Below are positions 44,150-53,044 of a stretch of 64,000 bases of DNA, piece after piece. This DNA is from a virus, in IMG/VR virus record IMGVR_UViG_3300035193_000045; one strand, given 5' to 3'. A program made the position numbers and the translations under genes. The notes beneath the pieces are model-generated. The model did no database searches, had not been told where the DNA came from, and worked only from the letters and a program-made list of their open reading frames with translations. Each line of letters starts with the position of its first letter. Within the stretch, counting starts at the first letter, position 1.

Positions 44150-44446
44150 CTATTTTCTTTCCGCTCTATACCTCGGAACAACATGTCGACCAATCTCTGC
44201 TATAGCGCGCTCTTTACGACGTTGAATGGTATGCCTTCTTTGCCTTGATATTTTACGAACAACTACATAACCTATTGCTTTTTTATCTTTCTTTTTTCGC
44301 TGCTCCTCCTGAAAGGCAAAATACTTTTTTGCAACTCTAGCAGTATTCGCCTTTCTATTAATCATAATTCCACAGTTCTCCAATTCTCGAATCATCTCCA
44401 TCCTAGTCATTTTCTTTTCTTCTTGTTTTCGTTGATACCTATCCAT
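44150..44446 (-). CDS. highly basic hypothetical protein
   Basis: 98 aa, Arg/Lys-rich. Confidence 0.5.
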   Translation of the reverse strand: MDRYQRKQEEKKMTRMEMIRELENCGIMINRKANTARVAKKYFAFQEEQRKKKDKKAIGYVVVRKISRQRRHTIQRRKERAIAEIGRHVVPRYRAERK

Positions 44447-44639
44447 TGATGTTGTTCCTTTCCATATGTTCTTTGATTATGTAAATCGCATCAGAGATAC
44501 CACTAGCTACTCCCTGTGCATGAGCTTTATGCGGCACCGCCCAACTATAAATACCCTCCTCGCGCTCCAACCATTCTTTTTTACAGTGTTCTAATTCTGT
44601 AATAATTTCCATAATAATTTGTTGTGTCTTTTTACTCAT
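44439..44639 (-). CDS. hypothetical protein
   Basis: 66 aa, 8-nt overlaps at both ends. Confidence 0.5.
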   Translation of the reverse strand: MSKKTQQIIMEIITELEHCKKEWLEREEGIYSWAVPHKAHAQGVASGISDAIYIIKEHMERNNING

Positions 44640-45384
44640 TCATAATTCCTCTACTTTCTTTTAATGAATAATCACTAGCACCCGAAGGATGGTAGTAACT
44701 ATTTTCAATGGTAGCTAGGGCACTAGCATATTCGCTTTCACTATGCCATTGGCCTGATAAACCTAGACGTTTCTGTTGTCTTTTGGTTAATTTACGAAAA
44801 CCACGCACCTTGGCATGGTTATATAAAATCCGAGACGCGGCACGATTAATACTAGCCAATGTGCACTTATTTTCAGAGATGTACTCCTCCAATTGATACG
44901 TAGCACTTTTTATATCGTCATTATCTAAAAAACGATAGTAGCGATCAAAATGCCAACGTACAATTCCCTCAATATGATCAGGATTTTTTAACTCAAAATC
45001 TTTAAAACGAAAATAAGCGTACGACGTATTACCGATATGTACTATAGTTGTCTCCCCCTCAATTGTAAAGTACACATACGCACACTGAGTAGGTGCTTGA
45101 TCTGGGGGTACAAATCGAATGCATAGGTGGTCTCTTTTTTGATGATCGTATTTCCCTATTTTTTTAGATACTTCGACAACCATCAAATGATTATTTGGAA
45201 TTGTTGCGTTGTATAACCTATCCACAATATACAAATCAATTGCGCTAGTAGGCACTCCTTTCAATGCCCATCGCTGTGCTTTTTGCGTCTTTGAAATCCA
45301 ATGCCACTCCTCTAGTGGCTCTAGATTTTCTGTATCTAAATCTAAACAACGAAATATTTGTTTAACTTCAATGGGCTTTTTCAT
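44632..45384 (-). CDS. hypothetical protein
   Basis: 250 aa; no motif recognised. Confidence 0.6.
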   Translation of the reverse strand: MKKPIEVKQIFRCLDLDTENLEPLEEWHWISKTQKAQRWALKGVPTSAIDLYIVDRLYNATIPNNHLMVVEVSKKIGKYDHQKRDHLCIRFVPPDQAPTQCAYVYFTIEGETTIVHIGNTSYAYFRFKDFELKNPDHIEGIVRWHFDRYYRFLDNDDIKSATYQLEEYISENKCTLASINRAASRILYNHAKVRGFRKLTKRQQKRLGLSGQWHSESEYASALATIENSYYHPSGASDYSLKESRGIMNE

Positions 45385-45385
45385 C

Positions 45386-45706
45386 TTATTTTTTTCCTTT
45401 TCTACTCTCCCCTAATCTTCGACCTCGTTCCTTCAACGAGGCTATTTGCTCCTCAGTCATCTCTCGCTTACAATCCTCCCACGTAACTTTGCCTTTATGT
45501 TTAGGATTAAATTGACGCCACCAAAAATTAGGCTCCAATTTTCGGTAAGGCTGATACTGATAAAACGGACATTTTCTTGACCCACAATCTACCTTTCCGT
45601 CCGTCCAATGTCCCATACATTCCCAACACAAGGCTTCTCCGCATTCTTTCCTCGAAGGAGGTGTTTCGTAAATTACCTCTACTGATTTAATTGGTGTCCG
45701 TTTCAT
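45386..45706 (-). CDS. Cys-rich hypothetical protein (N-terminal KRTPIK tag)
   Basis: MKRTPIKSV...CWECMGHWTDGKVDCGSRKCPFYQY. Confidence 0.55.
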   Translation of the reverse strand: MKRTPIKSVEVIYETPPSRKECGEALCWECMGHWTDGKVDCGSRKCPFYQYQPYRKLEPNFWWRQFNPKHKGKVTWEDCKREMTEEQIASLKERGRRLGESRKGKK

Positions 45707-45720
45707 ACTGTTTATCCTTT

Positions 45721-45987
45721 CTATTTTATAGGAATTCTTCTAATAGATTTCCTAATCATTTCTATTGGCCTACTAAAATTCCATCTATAACAAAGCCATT
45801 CATCAAACAAATTATTCTGATCAACGGTCCATCGACCATTTTGTACTTGTCCAGTTTGAGCGCACCATACAATGCGCTCATCCTTTATCCACCGATTATA
45901 AGACTCATTATATAACTGTAAAATTAATTCAGGCGCTAAATTAACCAATTTTGCATATAAGACTAATCGAATATGGTATTCAGTCAT
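45721..45987 (-). CDS. hypothetical protein (C-terminal RRIPIK)
   Basis: 88 aa ending ...RKSIRRIPIK. Confidence 0.5.
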   Translation of the reverse strand: MTEYHIRLVLYAKLVNLAPELILQLYNESYNRWIKDERIVWCAQTGQVQNGRWTVDQNNLFDEWLCYRWNFSRPIEMIRKSIRRIPIK

Positions 45988-46492
45988 GACAACTCACATC
46001 CGAACAAAATTCTATTTTGTCCGCTTCAGTAAAAGTATTTCCGGTATTAATTGCATCCATAACCGCTCCAGGAGATACTATGTCATCCATACCAATATAA
46101 TGGCCTAATTCATGCAATACCGTAAGTGTAAATAATTCATCCGATAATAAATATCTAAATAGCCATACATCCCCATTTTGGTATGCGTGACCTAATAAAC
46201 CCGCCCATTCATCCATATGTGGATCGTCGTAAAAACATACAACAAAATCCCTTCCCCATTCTGGATCAGACCCAACAGTAAGCGCTTTTTTATGATCTAC
46301 TTTATCAGTACCCTCTATACTGATAAAGACTTTTCCGCTTAATTTTTTTGTCCATGAGTTCAAGTAATTAATAGATTGCTTAATAACTATTTGATCTGCA
46401 TCAGAGCATGTATCATCGATCCACAATTCATAAGGCGTTGCTTCGCAACCTACGCAATAACACTCTAATAGTATAAGAATCCCAATTTTCAT
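45980..46492 (-). CDS. secreted metzincin-like zinc metalloprotease
   Basis: HELGHYIGMDD (HExxHxxGxxD). Start refined to MKIGILILLECYCVGC (hydrophobic signal-like N-terminus), which avoids overlap with the upstream gene; the track ORF extends to 46537. Confidence 0.6.
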   Translation of the reverse strand: MKIGILILLECYCVGCEATPYELWIDDTCSDADQIVIKQSINYLNSWTKKLSGKVFISIEGTDKVDHKKALTVGSDPEWGRDFVVCFYDDPHMDEWAGLLGHAYQNGDVWLFRYLLSDELFTLTVLHELGHYIGMDDIVSPGAVMDAINTGNTFTEADKIEFCSDVSCHD

Positions 46493-46503
46493 TTTAGTAT
46501 CCC

Positions 46504-47031
46504 TTATAATGCGCTTTGCGGACAAGATGCCCCACAAGGCTTTCCATCTATGTGTACGCCTCCTCCTCGGGTATAGTATCTTCCACGCGGAAAGGATTCT
46601 AGCGCATCATGATCTGACTCGTTCACTCTTTCTGTGTCAGTCATTCTTAGATGTGTAATAGCATCATTAATGATTTCTATTGGTATATTCATCACGGACG
46701 CAATATTTCGAATCTCTATTACATCTAGTGCGGAAATATTCCAATTTCCGTCACTTAATACGTAATGAGATCCAGAACTAGAACGTGCTTGAGGCCCCAC
46801 GTAATCTTTTACGAGATCACATGCTACGTAGAACATGCGATCGTCGTCTATATTTAAATATACAAACCATCCCCCCTGTTCACGAGTTACAGAGTGACCA
46901 AATTGGTCAATCCATTTTTCGTCAATTTTTTCAGGAAGAATATCTCCCCATGTCGAATCTATTATGCAATCTTCGATGAAGATTGGCAGGGGACCAATTT
47001 TAATTTCGTGGGAGTTAACTTCTTTACACAT
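46504..47031 (-). CDS. hypothetical protein (GC-richer island)
   Basis: 175 aa; GAGGAG 5 nt upstream of the ATG at 47031. Confidence 0.55.
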   Translation of the reverse strand: MCKEVNSHEIKIGPLPIFIEDCIIDSTWGDILPEKIDEKWIDQFGHSVTREQGGWFVYLNIDDDRMFYVACDLVKDYVGPQARSSSGSHYVLSDGNWNISALDVIEIRNIASVMNIPIEIINDAITHLRMTDTERVNESDHDALESFPRGRYYTRGGGVHIDGKPCGASCPQSAL

Positions 47032-47474
47032 GACATCTCCTCTTTGAGTTGTTTATTCTCGTATGCTATGTTTGATAGCAAACATTCCCGCTCATATGAG
47101 AGGCGTACCGAATTACGAGCTAGTTGTTCTTCTTTATACGCAGCATGCCAATATGAACGAGCTTGGCTTAATTCTTTTTCAGCACGATCTTTACAGACCA
47201 TATACTCTCGTCTTACCCGAGAGTTTTCCTTTTTAAGTAATCTAATTTCATCTTCATTTTGTTGCTTGTTGTGAGATAATCGCGACAACGTCTCAGATAG
47301 TTTTTCTACATTCTCCTGAGAGGTCAAGAGATTGTCGTTAATGCTTTTAATGTCAATCACAAGATCATCTACGATTGACATTGCATCCTCAAGATGTTTT
47401 GATGCTTTATTTGTGGCGCCCAACTCAAGAAATTCTATTGCTAGAGCAAGAGAATTATGTAATTTGTTAATCAT
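46962..47474 (-). CDS. coiled-coil hypothetical protein
   Basis: 170 aa, heptad-rich; 70-nt overlap with the downstream gene. Confidence 0.55.
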   Translation of the reverse strand: MINKLHNSLALAIEFLELGATNKASKHLEDAMSIVDDLVIDIKSINDNLLTSQENVEKLSETLSRLSHNKQQNEDEIRLLKKENSRVRREYMVCKDRAEKELSQARSYWHAAYKEEQLARNSVRLSYERECLLSNIAYENKQLKEEMSCVKKLTPTKLKLVPCQSSSKIA

Positions 47475-47543
47475 CTCTATTTCCTTTACCTTCCGGCACC
47501 CTTCACCGCCCGCCTCAAGGGAGACAAGCGGGATGTGGGTCAG

Positions 47544-47798
47544 CTAGTCCGCCCACCCATCAAGCTCTCGCTGGATAGCCCCCTCGGACATCCCACCCAT
47601 GGTGAGAGCTAGTTCAGTTGCGTACCGCGCGGTGCAGGCATCATTGGTCATCCCGTCAACCGCTTCGAGACTGCCGACGTACCATGTGCCCTCGCAATAA
47701 TTCATCGCGCCGCCAAGTATCCGAAAATCTTCCAGTGCCTTGTCAAAGTCTTTGTACGCTTTCATTTTCCTTCTCCTTTGTTGTGTTTCAGTGTTCAT
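47544..47798 (-). CDS. hypothetical protein in a GC-rich island, behind sigma54-like promoter B
   Basis: The likely start is ATG 47765 (MKAYKDF; AAGGAG upstream). Hand count gives 37/60 G+C at 47521-47580. Confidence 0.55.
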   Translation of the reverse strand: MNTETQQRRRKMKAYKDFDKALEDFRILGGAMNYCEGTWYVGSLEAVDGMTNDACTARYATELALTMGGMSEGAIQRELDGWAD

Positions 47799-47811
47799 AC
47801 CCTTATGTTAG

Positions 47812-47828
47812 TGCAAACGGGATACCAA
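47812..47828 (-). promoter_or_regulatory. sigma54-type -24/-12 promoter element B
   Basis: Minus strand reads TTGGTAT-CCCGT-TTGCA. The downstream leader of about 50 nt is roughly 85% identical to that of element A. Confidence 0.5.
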
Positions 47829-47858
47829 AACAAGTAAATAAGGTTAAAAAATAAAAAC

Positions 47859-47911
47859 TAATGATTTAAGGTACTTAAAAATAGTATTTAGGTAAGTATA
47901 TACCTAAATAC
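47859..47911. promoter_or_regulatory. TAATGATTTAAGGTACTTA motif (copy 2) plus 11-bp-arm inverted repeat
   Basis: 47859-47877 matches 10061-10079. GTATTTAGGTA (47884-47894) / TACCTAAATAC (47901-47911) with a 6-nt spacer. Confidence 0.5.
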
Positions 47912-48025
47912 ACTACTTTTTACATAGTTAAGGTATGCAAAAAATACACAACTTATAAAAAAGTAATGATTTAGATATTTTACTAAATAGGTAAAAAGGT
48001 AATAGGTTATGAAAAATTTGCGTAC

Positions 48026-48472
48026 CTACCAAATATAGCCAACCCCTTTATAAATATAATCCTCTAATCTAAGATCTTCTTCGGAATCATCCCCTTGTCG
48101 CAGACATTTTCCACAATAATATTGAGACTTATATAGGTATAACGTAGTTTTTACATTACAATTATAGCAATAATCTATTTTATTCTTAGGTTTATATACT
48201 GGAGTCATTATTCCATTATTAATAAACTGACAACCTTTTTGCGTCAGAACATAATGATGACTTTTATTTGATTTTTCTGATTTTTTTAAACGGTCTAGCA
48301 ATCCTTCATTTACGAGTATACGTAGCCAATTACCCATTTGTTTTTTAGGTATACCTAATATGACAGATGCTTTATGATATAAAAAAGGAGTAGGTATAGG
48401 TTTATCTCTTACTTCTCTATAGATATATTTAAGGATATATAATTTTACACTTTTTTCTTTTACATTATTCAT
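48026..48472 (-). CDS. winged-helix-like DNA-binding protein with C-terminal zinc ribbon
   Basis: IPKKQMGNWLRILVNEGLLDRLKK (wHTH-like) and CYNC...CGKC. Directly downstream of the terminase; a role in packaging or regulation is a guess. Confidence 0.4.
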   Translation of the reverse strand: MNNVKEKSVKLYILKYIYREVRDKPIPTPFLYHKASVILGIPKKQMGNWLRILVNEGLLDRLKKSEKSNKSHHYVLTQKGCQFINNGIMTPVYKPKNKIDYCYNCNVKTTLYLYKSQYYCGKCLRQGDDSEEDLRLEDYIYKGVGYIW

Positions 48473-48642
48473 TTATTCCGCCGTTTTCTAAAAATGAATA
48501 ATTGACGATCTTCTTCAATACAATTAATAACCTTTCTCCTATTATGGTCACAACACAACACTTCCTTATCATCCTTTATAAACTTATACCTACATAAACC
48601 ATCTAATTCCCGTTTTTTACAATCGCATTTCTCATCAAACAT
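48469..48642 (-). CDS. small Cys-rich protein (57 aa, not in the ORF track)
   Basis: Hand translation: MFDEKCDCKKRELDGLCRYKFIKDDKEVLCCDHNRRKVINCIEEDRQLFIFRKRRNK. TAATG overlap with the terminase stop and ATGA overlap with the next start; GGAGG at 48649-48653 (rc). Confidence 0.5.
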   Translation of the reverse strand: MFDEKCDCKKRELDGLCRYKFIKDDKEVLCCDHNRRKVINCIEEDRQLFIFRKRRNK

Positions 48643-50570
48643 TAAAAACCTCCTATTCCAAAATTATATTGATCATCCAATCGCTTCATTTCTTGTAAAG
48701 CAATAATGCTATGTATCTCAGAACATCCATCAATACCTTCTCCAGCTATTTCTTGTAAAATATCTCTGTATATAGGATAATCGTATTCATTGCAAATAAT
48801 ACCATTTCCTTTCTTAATATTATTAATAACATATTTTTTCTTTTCTTCTAAGTCTGTATTAGATATCTTAGAATCAGTTACTATGGTATCATCAACTAAA
48901 TTATGTCTACGAGGTTCAATCTCAACATCATCTCCAAAACTAAAGCCAAAAGCACCTCGTTTAATTGCTTGATTACACAACCAAGTGGACATTACGGTGT
49001 CATCATGCTGACCTACTGATTGAACTTTACCGTCTAAAAAAGTCATTGATCTAAATTCATCAATCAATATATCCGTTAATTCAATACTATGGGCATCTCC
49101 TCTAGGAATTCTAAATTTACCATTTTCAAACAATACACGTAATTCAGGAACACCAAATTCTAATGAATTTTTATTCTGTGCAGTAGTTACAAATTTATAA
49201 ATAGGTAAATCAGTTTCTCTTATTAATTCATCTCCAAAAATTCGTTGCATTTGATTTGCTTCTAAAGTCATTAATCCGGGATCATATATACGTCCCATTC
49301 TATTAATTTCAGATTGCTGTTCTCTATAAGGTAATCCTTTCTTTCGAAACATATCAATCAACCACCTATTCCCAAAGTTATCTAAACCTAAAATAATAAT
49401 AACTGTATAATCTGCCTGAACAGTAGACGAAATGGCAAAGTCAACCCCGGCATAGGGAACAATCCCTTTATCTAACCAAAATTGTAAAGGCATACCTAAT
49501 TTTAAATTAAATTGTTCAACTGGACTACCTTTAAATAGACTAATTGGGAATAAACTCATTTCGTCGCTAATCGGTGAAACTAAAAATTCCCTACCATATC
49601 TAATAAGTCCTATTTCGTCCTTTTTAGTAAGTAAACGCTCCAATGGATATCTATCTGACCAAAGAACATTATTAATAATTTCTCCTGGATTAGATTCAGC
49701 TGGATAATGTTTAAATATATATTGTTTATTTTTTCGTAATTCTCCATACAAATCATTTATATGAAATGGAGTACCTACTACAATTATTTGCCCTGAAGGA
49801 GTGACCATGTTTGAAATAGCATTGAAGAAATAATCATTTTGTTTATTTCTAACTGTCTCACTCCAAGCAGTTTCGTCATTAAGCCCGTCATCTACTACAA
49901 TCCATCTAGGATGAGCACCTCGAACACGAACACCAAAACCCCTAGCATATATTCTATGTCCATTTGCTAATGTAATTTTTTTAGAACCCCATGAAGATTT
50001 CTTTTTAGGAACTAAGTATTGTAATTGAGGATTAGTCTCAATCTCAATCTTAATCATTTCTAAAAATTCAGATGCCTGAGATTGTGTAGCTGAAAAAATA
50101 AACCCGCATTCCCCAGGATATTTAATTGCTTGTCTAATTGGGTAAGCAAAATCAAAAAAATAAGATTTGCCATGATCTCGCGCGCTCAATATACAAATTC
50201 GATTATTATACGCTATTAACTCATCCCATTCAAGGTGATGGTCTCCAATTAAAAATTTACCGTTATAAGGAGGTTCAATAGGTCCAGTTAAAATAGAATC
50301 TGCAAAATAAGCAACAGATTCAAGGATCATTTGTTTATCTAATTCATTTAATCTTATCTCACATTCAGGATTAATATCTTCTAAATCAAAATTAGATTCT
50401 TCCTCAGTTAAATCTTCTTCAACTATTTCATAATCAAAATTAGATTCAAGTGAGGCTAATAGTAATTCATATGAATTAGCAATAGTGGTATTTCTATCTA
50501 TAAAGGGAATAGCTGTCCGTTTAAAAGGACTAATTAAAGGAGTAGAATTTATTATAGGAATACGCTGCAT
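48642..50570 (-). CDS. terL: terminase large subunit
   Basis: Walker A-like ILSARDHGKSYF, Walker B HPRWIVVDDGLND, and a C-terminal RNase H-like nuclease region GVDFAISSTVQADYTVIIILG. 642 aa. Confidence 0.85.
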   Translation of the reverse strand: MQRIPIINSTPLISPFKRTAIPFIDRNTTIANSYELLLASLESNFDYEIVEEDLTEEESNFDLEDINPECEIRLNELDKQMILESVAYFADSILTGPIEPPYNGKFLIGDHHLEWDELIAYNNRICILSARDHGKSYFFDFAYPIRQAIKYPGECGFIFSATQSQASEFLEMIKIEIETNPQLQYLVPKKKSSWGSKKITLANGHRIYARGFGVRVRGAHPRWIVVDDGLNDETAWSETVRNKQNDYFFNAISNMVTPSGQIIVVGTPFHINDLYGELRKNKQYIFKHYPAESNPGEIINNVLWSDRYPLERLLTKKDEIGLIRYGREFLVSPISDEMSLFPISLFKGSPVEQFNLKLGMPLQFWLDKGIVPYAGVDFAISSTVQADYTVIIILGLDNFGNRWLIDMFRKKGLPYREQQSEINRMGRIYDPGLMTLEANQMQRIFGDELIRETDLPIYKFVTTAQNKNSLEFGVPELRVLFENGKFRIPRGDAHSIELTDILIDEFRSMTFLDGKVQSVGQHDDTVMSTWLCNQAIKRGAFGFSFGDDVEIEPRRHNLVDDTIVTDSKISNTDLEEKKKYVINNIKKGNGIICNEYDYPIYRDILQEIAGEGIDGCSEIHSIIALQEMKRLDDQYNFGIGGF

Positions 50571-50746
50571 TATTTTTCATGAAAAGTAACCTTTTCATAA
50601 TTATTGATAATCTTAGTAATATAAATAGGTTTATCCGATAAATCTATTCCTACAAATACACTAGTTACCAACCTATTTCTAAAGGCTACCGAATCATCTA
50701 CAAAATGAAAATAGTCAGTATACAATATACCAGTAGAAATTTTCAT
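50570..50746 (-). CDS. small hypothetical protein (58 aa, not in the ORF track)
   Basis: Hand translation: MKISTGILYTDYFHFVDDSVAFRNRLVTSVFVGIDLSDKPIYITKIINNYEKVTFHEK. TAATG overlap with the terL start; no SD. Confidence 0.35.
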   Translation of the reverse strand: MKISTGILYTDYFHFVDDSVAFRNRLVTSVFVGIDLSDKPIYITKIINNYEKVTFHEK

Positions 50747-50749
50747 AAT

Positions 50750-51034
50750 TTATTTTAATTGTACGTTTCTGTTATTGATAGCATCATTAATATGCTCAAA
50801 AACATAATCCGTTGCATCAGTACACTGAATCATACAATTAGAAAAACGCACCCCTGCTTCCGTCAATAACTTTCTATCCATTACCTCATTTAGCGCATCA
50901 ATGTTTTTTAGATAAGATAGAGTACAATCTTCGGCACACTGATTCACTTTTTCACGGTCAATACCTTGAAAAAATGCACAAGCATTCACTACACAAAGTA
51001 CAATTACTAAGCAAATAATGACATTTCGTTTCAT
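50750..51034 (-). CDS. secreted/lipoprotein-like small protein
   Basis: MKRNVIICLVIVLCVVNAC signal/lipobox-like N-terminus; 4 further Cys. Confidence 0.5.
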   Translation of the reverse strand: MKRNVIICLVIVLCVVNACAFFQGIDREKVNQCAEDCTLSYLKNIDALNEVMDRKLLTEAGVRFSNCMIQCTDATDYVFEHINDAINNRNVQLK

Positions 51035-51046
51035 TGGCTTACCTCC

Positions 51047-51247
51047 TTATAGTTTTGAAAGCCATGATTCTTTTATTTTTAACTCACCTTCAAATCCTAA
51101 CATACATTTTTCATGTAAATCAGAATCATCATGAATAACCTGATTTGGAACCCATTTATAACCAAAATCAGGAGTATCTACATAAACCGCTTTACCTGAT
51201 TTTTTAAGCAAAGTACAGTTACCCATTGAAACAGCTGATTCTTTCAT
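51047..51247 (-). CDS. hypothetical protein
   Basis: 66 aa ORF tiling with neighbours. Confidence 0.5.
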   Translation of the reverse strand: MKESAVSMGNCTLLKKSGKAVYVDTPDFGYKWVPNQVIHDDSDLHEKCMLGFEGELKIKESWLSKL

Positions 51248-51415
51248 CTATTTGCCTAAACCCTTTCCAAATAAAAAAACTGAAAAATCCTCTTTTATTG
51301 GAACCCTATTTGTCTTTTTTCCGCAATTGCATTTCCATGCATGTATTTCATATACATGAATTACTATACCACGTTTTTCGTCAAAATAACAATCCTTTTT
51401 AGGTTTCTTGTCCAT
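51248..51415 (-). CDS. small protein (55 aa, not in the ORF track) with internal NRVPIKED
   Basis: Hand translation: MDKKPKKDCYFDEKRGIVIHVYEIHAWKCNCGKKTNRVPIKEDFSVFLFGKGLGK. TAATG overlap with the dnaN stop. Confidence 0.4.
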   Translation of the reverse strand: MDKKPKKDCYFDEKRGIVIHVYEIHAWKCNCGKKTNRVPIKEDFSVFLFGKGLGK

Positions 51416-52431
51416 TATTCATTAATTAATGGCCAAATATACATAGTAACATTATCACCTTTAATTACTAAAGGAGATGGATATTTATTATATACTAAGT
51501 CAACTACATCAGATTTAATATGCGATAGACATTGGTATATCATTACCCCATTAATTCCTACATTAAATGGAACATCAGTAGATCCATCAATAATACCTAC
51601 ATTACCAATATAAGAATCTGAAATAGTATCAATTCCCAAAGCTTTTATTTCTATTTTTCTATCAATAATATTAAAAGAAATCCCATTTATATCTGAAACA
51701 TTAGAAGCTTGCTTAACTACATCTAATAATTGCTTTCTATTTATAATAGTATGGTAATCATATTTATATTTTATAGCTATATCTGTATTAGGATATTTCC
51801 TGTCACCTAAAGCAACTATACGAATAATACTATCTAACATAAAATATAAAAAGTAATCATCTTTGTATACTGCGCTACATTTCACTTTTTTAGGCCATTT
51901 ATTAAACAATTCAATAGGAATAACTATGTCTCCATAAGGAAAATTCATTTCCTCTAACCTAACTAATCTGTTGCCATCAGTTGCTTCAATATAGTCTTTA
52001 GTAAAATGCAAATAAGGAAACCCATTTGCTTTAGAAGATTTAGAAGCACTAAAAATAACACTATTCAACTTACATATATCCATACTAATAAATTGATAAT
52101 CACTTTTAGGATAAATAGGCAATGGGTATACATCTGACAAGCAATCTAAATAGTAATAATTGGCTTTACCTATAAGGCATACACGATTAGTTCCATCAAA
52201 TGTTGTATTAAATTCTAAAGCCCCTTTATCCTTTACTGCTTCAGACACTATTGAAGCATCTACTAAACAATCTAATAAAGGAGAATCTACGTAAGCAAAA
52301 GAAGAACATATTCCATCAGTAACAAATACCCCAGATGGATTTGATACAAACCTAATTTTATTAAAGACAGATTTATTACTATCCTTCGTTAAAAGCGATA
52401 GCATGCCTTTCAAAGCAGGCTTTAATTCCAT
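51415..52431 (-). CDS. dnaN: DNA polymerase III beta sliding clamp homolog
   Basis: 338 aa. SVFNKIRFVSNPSGVFVTDG and YIEATDGNRLVRLE match the repeated (v)ATDGhRLa-type clamp motifs; three-domain length. Confidence 0.75.
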   Translation of the reverse strand: MELKPALKGMLSLLTKDSNKSVFNKIRFVSNPSGVFVTDGICSSFAYVDSPLLDCLVDASIVSEAVKDKGALEFNTTFDGTNRVCLIGKANYYYLDCLSDVYPLPIYPKSDYQFISMDICKLNSVIFSASKSSKANGFPYLHFTKDYIEATDGNRLVRLEEMNFPYGDIVIPIELFNKWPKKVKCSAVYKDDYFLYFMLDSIIRIVALGDRKYPNTDIAIKYKYDYHTIINRKQLLDVVKQASNVSDINGISFNIIDRKIEIKALGIDTISDSYIGNVGIIDGSTDVPFNVGINGVMIYQCLSHIKSDVVDLVYNKYPSPLVIKGDNVTMYIWPLINE

Positions 52432-53044
52432 GACATTCCCTCAATTGTTTTAGCCCAATACACTTCAATAATAATTCTTTCGGTATCGCCCTACCTTTAT
52501 CTAGAAATCCAGTAACAATATCTATATCTTGTAAAGGAAAATATAAAGAAACCATACAATATCTAAGGTGTTCAAAATTATATTTACGTAACCCTAACAT
52601 ATATAATAATCTATGATATTCATTATAACAATCCATACACAAACCCAAACCATAATGATTATTTTTTTGTGTATTACACCACATACATCTATATAATTTA
52701 TGGCGTTTACTCCAAAAATCTTTACCAAGCCAAGTACATAATTCATCCATTTGATCTTCAGTAATTACAAAACTTCCTTTAGTAGAAGTCCTACGCCATT
52801 TTTGAAGAAGAGCTTTAGCGGCTCGCCTTAACTGCGATTCACTATATCCAGTTAATTCCATCAATTGCCTTAGAGTATAAGAACCCCTAGTAAATCCCCC
52901 ATTATACCCAATTCTAGATAATTTACGATATAAAGAAGAAATACTCCTATTACCGCTTTTTCTACAAAGCCATTTAATACTGTTTGCTCCAATACCTTGA
53001 AGCAAATTCAATTCTTCTTTTTTAGTCCAAGGTCTCTTTTTCAT
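52379..53044 (-). CDS. hypothetical protein (Myb/SANT-like N-terminus, CxxC...CxxC)
   Basis: RPWTKKEELNLLQGIG... and CMWCN...CMDC; weak. Confidence 0.35.
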   Translation of the reverse strand: MKKRPWTKKEELNLLQGIGANSIKWLCRKSGNRSISSLYRKLSRIGYNGGFTRGSYTLRQLMELTGYSESQLRRAAKALLQKWRRTSTKGSFVITEDQMDELCTWLGKDFWSKRHKLYRCMWCNTQKNNHYGLGLCMDCYNEYHRLLYMLGLRKYNFEHLRYCMVSLYFPLQDIDIVTGFLDKGRAIPKELLLKCIGLKQLRECHGIKACFERHAIAFNEG

